A stretch of DNA of 64,000 nucleotides from an uncultured Acidimicrobiaceae bacterium (GTDB taxonomy: Bacteria > Actinomycetota > Acidimicrobiia > Acidimicrobiales > RAAP-2). Numbering within the stretch: the first letter of the stretch is position 1; each line of letters opens with the position of its first letter. A program made the translations under genes and the position numbers. Below, one piece after another: positions 61,004-64,000 of this stretch. Location: NCBI GenBank assembly GCA_963783965.1, contig CAWAPQ010000013.1, positions 367,529 through 431,528 of the forward strand, written 5' to 3'. The notes below the pieces were generated by a model. That model had not been told where the DNA came from, made no database searches, and saw only the letters and a program-made list of their open reading frames with translations.

Positions 61004-62347
61004 TTAGCGAAGGGCATCGGCACTCCTGACCGAGGACCGGCCGAGCAGACCCCGCTCGACGATGTGCGCCGCCGCGTCGACACCGGCGGCCGTGCGCGGC
61101 TGCGCCCCGAAGGCACCCAGGAGTGCCACCATGACCACGGCGTCGATCTCCACGTCACCGAAGCCGCGGTCGCCGAGGACCCGCACCATCCGGCGCCGCC
61201 CCCAGTCCAACGCCGAGGCGGACAGGGAGCGCAGCCTGACATCCTCGAGTGCGGCGCCGACCCAGACACGGATCATCGCCGCCTCGCCCGACTGCGCCGC
61301 GTTGTAGCGCTGGAGCCACCGACGCAATTCGGGACCGTTCTCTGTCGTCAGATCGGGGATCTCGACGAAGGCCTCGGCGACGGCGCGCATGGCCTGCACC
61401 GTGAGCACAATCGCCAGCTCATCCTTGTTCTCGAAGTAGCGGTAGAAGACTCCGTGGGAGACCCCGGCCGCGGCCGCAAGGTCGTCCACCCGGGTGGCGT
61501 GATAACCCCGCTCGACGAACACGTCCCGCCCGTTTTCAACCAGTGCCTTCAAGGCAGCGCGCTTGTCGGTGCCGGATTGGATCGTCTCCTCCTTCTCCAA
61601 CATCGCACGGACTCCGGGCCCGAACGGAACGCGTGGCGGATGAGCGCCGGAGCCGGCGTGCACGTTGACGGCGCTGCGTCCGAAGAGCGACCGGTGCATG
61701 ACATCGGTCATGACGACCTCGACCCGCTCCCTCGAGTAGTCCTCCGGTGCCACGGCGCGCAGGCTGACCGCATCGTCAAGGGACCGGGCGAGACTGCCGA
61801 GCAGGAGCTCGAGCAGCGGACTGAGCTGACGGGCGGGCAGATCGCTGGTCGAAAGCTTCGAGCGGATCCGGGCCACGCTCTGATCGCGGAGGCGCACGAC
61901 CGCGGTGGTCAGGCGGTCGTCACCCGCCAGCGCCGCTGGGAGGGCCTGGAAGATCGGCCCGTAGCGTGCGTGAATGTCCCCGTAGCGGCCCACCCAGGCG
62001 CGGAGGCTCTGCCAGCCCTCGGCCTCCGGCGTGATCGGGTCGATCGCCTCGGTGGATGCGCTGATCTGTCGTGCGACCTGGCCCGCCAGGCTGCTGAACA
62101 CGTCCTCCTTCCCCGAGAAGTACTGGTAAAAGGACACTCTCGAGCAGCTCGCCTGCTCGCTGATGCGGGCGATGCTGCATCGATGAAACCCCTCGTCGCC
62201 GAAGAGCTGCAGGGCGGCATCGAGAATGCGTTGCCGGGTCCGCTGCCCGCGCGCACCTACCCTGGGGTTGTCGGAGAATGGTGCGCGTCGCAGGACCGGT
62301 TCGGCATCCTCGAGCCGGGCGACCGGGGCGGCGCTCTCAGGCGCCAT
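61004..62347 (-). CDS. Tandem (double-domain) TetR-family transcriptional regulator
   Basis: Two complete TetR HTH units in one chain: RQRILDAALQLFGDEGFHRCSIARISEQASCSRVSFYQYFSGKEDVF and ALKALVENGRDVFVERGYHATRVDDLAAAAGVSHGVFYRYFENKDEL. Start taken at MAPESAAP (ATG 62347). Confidence 0.8.
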   Translation of the reverse strand: MAPESAAPVARLEDAEPVLRRAPFSDNPRVGARGQRTRQRILDAALQLFGDEGFHRCSIARISEQASCSRVSFYQYFSGKEDVFSSLAGQVARQISASTEAIDPITPEAEGWQSLRAWVGRYGDIHARYGPIFQALPAALAGDDRLTTAVVRLRDQSVARIRSKLSTSDLPARQLSPLLELLLGSLARSLDDAVSLRAVAPEDYSRERVEVVMTDVMHRSLFGRSAVNVHAGSGAHPPRVPFGPGVRAMLEKEETIQSGTDKRAALKALVENGRDVFVERGYHATRVDDLAAAAGVSHGVFYRYFENKDELAIVLTVQAMRAVAEAFVEIPDLTTENGPELRRWLQRYNAAQSGEAAMIRVWVGAALEDVRLRSLSASALDWGRRRMVRVLGDRGFGDVEIDAVVMVALLGAFGAQPRTAAGVDAAAHIVERGLLGRSSVRSADALR

Positions 62348-62421
62348 CAGGTCACGACCTGCGCTCGCTCTGCAGACGGCCGCCGGCCACCCCAAAGGGA
62401 GTCACCGGTCCCGCGTGCCGG

Positions 62422-63330
62422 TCAGGAGTCGGCTCGGACCTTGTCTTTGAGGGCGGGGACGATCGGCGGTGCGTCCTTCCAGTTCGGGAGGCCGCTGTCC
62501 TCCTTGGCCACGGGGTAGCCGTCGTCGTTGACCTGGGCCCAGTGCGAATGGTTGAGCTCGTGCAGGGTGAAGCAGGCATTGAGCGCGTTGTAGAACCCCA
62601 TGTTGTCCACGCTCTGGTTCACGGCTTCCTTGACCAGCAATGACGTCACCGACGGCAGCACGGCGATCCGCTCGGCGAACTCCTCGGTCCGTTGCGTGAG
62701 GTCCTCGGCCGGAAAGATCTTGCTGACCATGCCGAGGCCATGTGCCTCCTCGGCGTCGATGGAGTCGCCGGTCAGGAGCAGTTCCTTCGCCTTGCGCGGG
62801 CCGAACTCCCACGGGTGGGCGAAGTACTCCGTGCCGCACATGCCCAGGCGCGTTCCCACCACGTCGGCGAAGCGCGTCCCCTCGGCGCAGACGATGAGGT
62901 CGCATGCCCACAGCAGCATCAGCCCGGCCGCATAGACATCCCCGTGCGCCTGCCCGATGGTGATTTTGCGCAGATTGCGCCAACGCCGCGTGTTCTCGAA
63001 GTAGTAGTGCCACTCCTGGAGCATGAGACTCTCAGCACCCTTACGCGTCGCACCATTGATCTTGCGGGTGTAGTGCTGGTTCGGCCCCGGCATGCCTTCT
63101 TCCATGGCGACCTTGGAACCCATGTCGTGTCCCGACGAAAACATCGGACCCATGCCGCCCAGGATGACCACCCGGACCTCGTCGTCTGCCTCCGCTTCGA
63201 GGAACGCGTCGTTCAAATCGACCAGGAGCCCACGGTTCTGGGCGTTGCGCGCCTCGGGACGGTTGAGCATGATGCGCGCCACCTTCCCCGAGTCGAGCGT
63301 CTCGTACGTCACGAATTTGTAGTCAGTCAT
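62422..63330 (-). CDS. Enoyl-CoA hydratase/isomerase (crotonase) family protein
   Basis: MTDYKFVTYETLDSGKVARIMLNRPEARNAQN..FSSGHDMG..AHGDVYAAGLML. AAGGAG lies 8 nt upstream of the ATG. Confidence 0.85.
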   Translation of the reverse strand: MTDYKFVTYETLDSGKVARIMLNRPEARNAQNRGLLVDLNDAFLEAEADDEVRVVILGGMGPMFSSGHDMGSKVAMEEGMPGPNQHYTRKINGATRKGAESLMLQEWHYYFENTRRWRNLRKITIGQAHGDVYAAGLMLLWACDLIVCAEGTRFADVVGTRLGMCGTEYFAHPWEFGPRKAKELLLTGDSIDAEEAHGLGMVSKIFPAEDLTQRTEEFAERIAVLPSVTSLLVKEAVNQSVDNMGFYNALNACFTLHELNHSHWAQVNDDGYPVAKEDSGLPNWKDAPPIVPALKDKVRADS

Positions 63331-63475
63331 AAGGAGGCTCCTTGACGAGTGCAGCGAGTCGTTGCTGAAGTGACCCTACTGTTAGAAACGGCACGGTGCA
63401 CCTTGGGGACGAGGTGACGATGGACCACCCTGCCGACGCGACGCGACGGGCGACCGTGTGACGAACTGACCCGAA

Positions 63476-64000
63476 TCACACTGCTGCTGCGGCCTGCTCC
63501 ACCCGCATGATCCGGGCCAGATTGCCGCCCATGATGTTGCGCACGTCCTCGTCGGAGAGCCCCTCCGGAAGGTGGTCGAGGTAGCTGCACGGCTCGGCCA
63601 GGCCTTCGGGGTGCGGATAGTCCGAACCGAACAGGACGTGGTCGGCGCCGATCACGTCGACGATCTCTCCCAGGTCGTCCTCGTGGAAGGGGCTCACGTA
63701 GACATTGTGCTTGAACTGCTCGACGGGATCGCCGTCGAAGGCATTCGGCATCTTCTTGTAGGTGTCGCCGAGGTGGTTGACGAACCCTCGGATCCACTCC
63801 CCCCCGGCCTCTATGGAGGCCACCCTGAGGTCGGGGAAGCGAGCGAAGACGCCGTGGCAGACGAACGCAGCCATGGTGTCCTGAATCGGCCGATGGCCGC
63901 CGGTCATGTACGTGAAGGAGTCGAGCCGGAAGGGCAGCATTTCGCTCGGGCCGGTCCAGTCGCCCGTGTAGCGCGCGTAGCCACTGTCCGAGGAGTGCAT
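63476..64000 (-). CDS. Amidohydrolase_2 family protein; N-terminus lies beyond the window end
   Basis: ..VFARFPDLRVASIEAGGEWI..VLFGSDYPHPEG..NIMGGNLARIM. Paralogue of 19682..20887 and 47697..48884. Confidence 0.85.
   Translation of the reverse strand: MHSSDSGYARYTGDWTGPSEMLPFRLDSFTYMTGGHRPIQDTMAAFVCHGVFARFPDLRVASIEAGGEWIRGFVNHLGDTYKKMPNAFDGDPVEQFKHNVYVSPFHEDDLGEIVDVIGADHVLFGSDYPHPEGLAEPCSYLDHLPEGLSDEDVRNIMGGNLARIMRVEQAAAAV

Noticed and set aside
1-64000. Search for CRISPR arrays, IS elements or terminal inverted repeats, integrases, toxin-antitoxin pairs, restriction-modification or other defence genes, and tRNA/rRNA genes.
   Set aside because: No regularly spaced repeats, no transposase-, integrase- or nuclease-like translations, and no intergenic space long enough for stable RNA genes apart from 51545..51948. 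The interesting biology here appears to be metabolic and regulatory rather than defence or mobility.

Overview
High-GC (roughly 70% by eye), very densely coding chromosomal segment of actinobacterial type: mycothiol/DinB-family enzymes, frequent GTG/TTG starts, many 4-nt ATGA/GTGA start-stop overlaps, class-I xylose isomerase. I call about 60 protein genes. I recognise no rRNA, tRNA, CRISPR array, transposase, integrase or phage gene. The content is catabolic/accessory. (i) 1-7.4 kb: a TetR-MFS pump pair, a P450-ferredoxin pair and a compact PhyH-GNAT-crotonase-PhyH operon. (ii) 7.5-13.7 kb: an ArsR-SRPBCC-DinB operon, a cysteine-dioxygenase/rhodanese pair and an 816-aa membrane protein joining a degenerate kinase-like core to a flippase-like domain. 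(iii) 13.9-18.8 kb: a Liv-type ABC importer whose binding-protein gene is frameshifted. (iv) 21-28.4 kb: a glucuronide/hexuronate cluster, uxaC - shikimate-kinase-like kinase - uidA - LacI - mannitol-DH-family reductase - LarA-like enzyme. (v) 29.6-34.6 kb: a xylA-xylB-GH43-LacI operon. (vi) 34.6-40.1 kb: a GH2 - GalT-like - IMPase-like - arabinokinase-like GHMP kinase operon. (vii) 40-64 kb: an acyl-CoA mutase with the isobutyryl-CoA-mutase signature, CMD, HIBADH, ferredoxin, MarR, GH1, GH78, amidohydrolase_2 and crotonase paralogues, a DUF427-thioesterase fusion next to a DUF427 gene, a flavin-monooxygenase relic, a second Liv-type importer with a fused permease, and a tandem (double) TetR. 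The best candidates for something undescribed are four. First, the hexuronate cluster, which lacks the dehydratase/KDG branch and instead carries a LarA-type (nickel-pincer) enzyme plus a P-loop kinase. Second, the non-canonical Leloir-like operon. Third, the DUF427/thioesterase linkage. Fourth, a 404-bp highly structured intergenic region with a C-rich loop. All calls come from reading translated ORFs and motifs by eye. No database search or folding program was run, and start codons are inferred.
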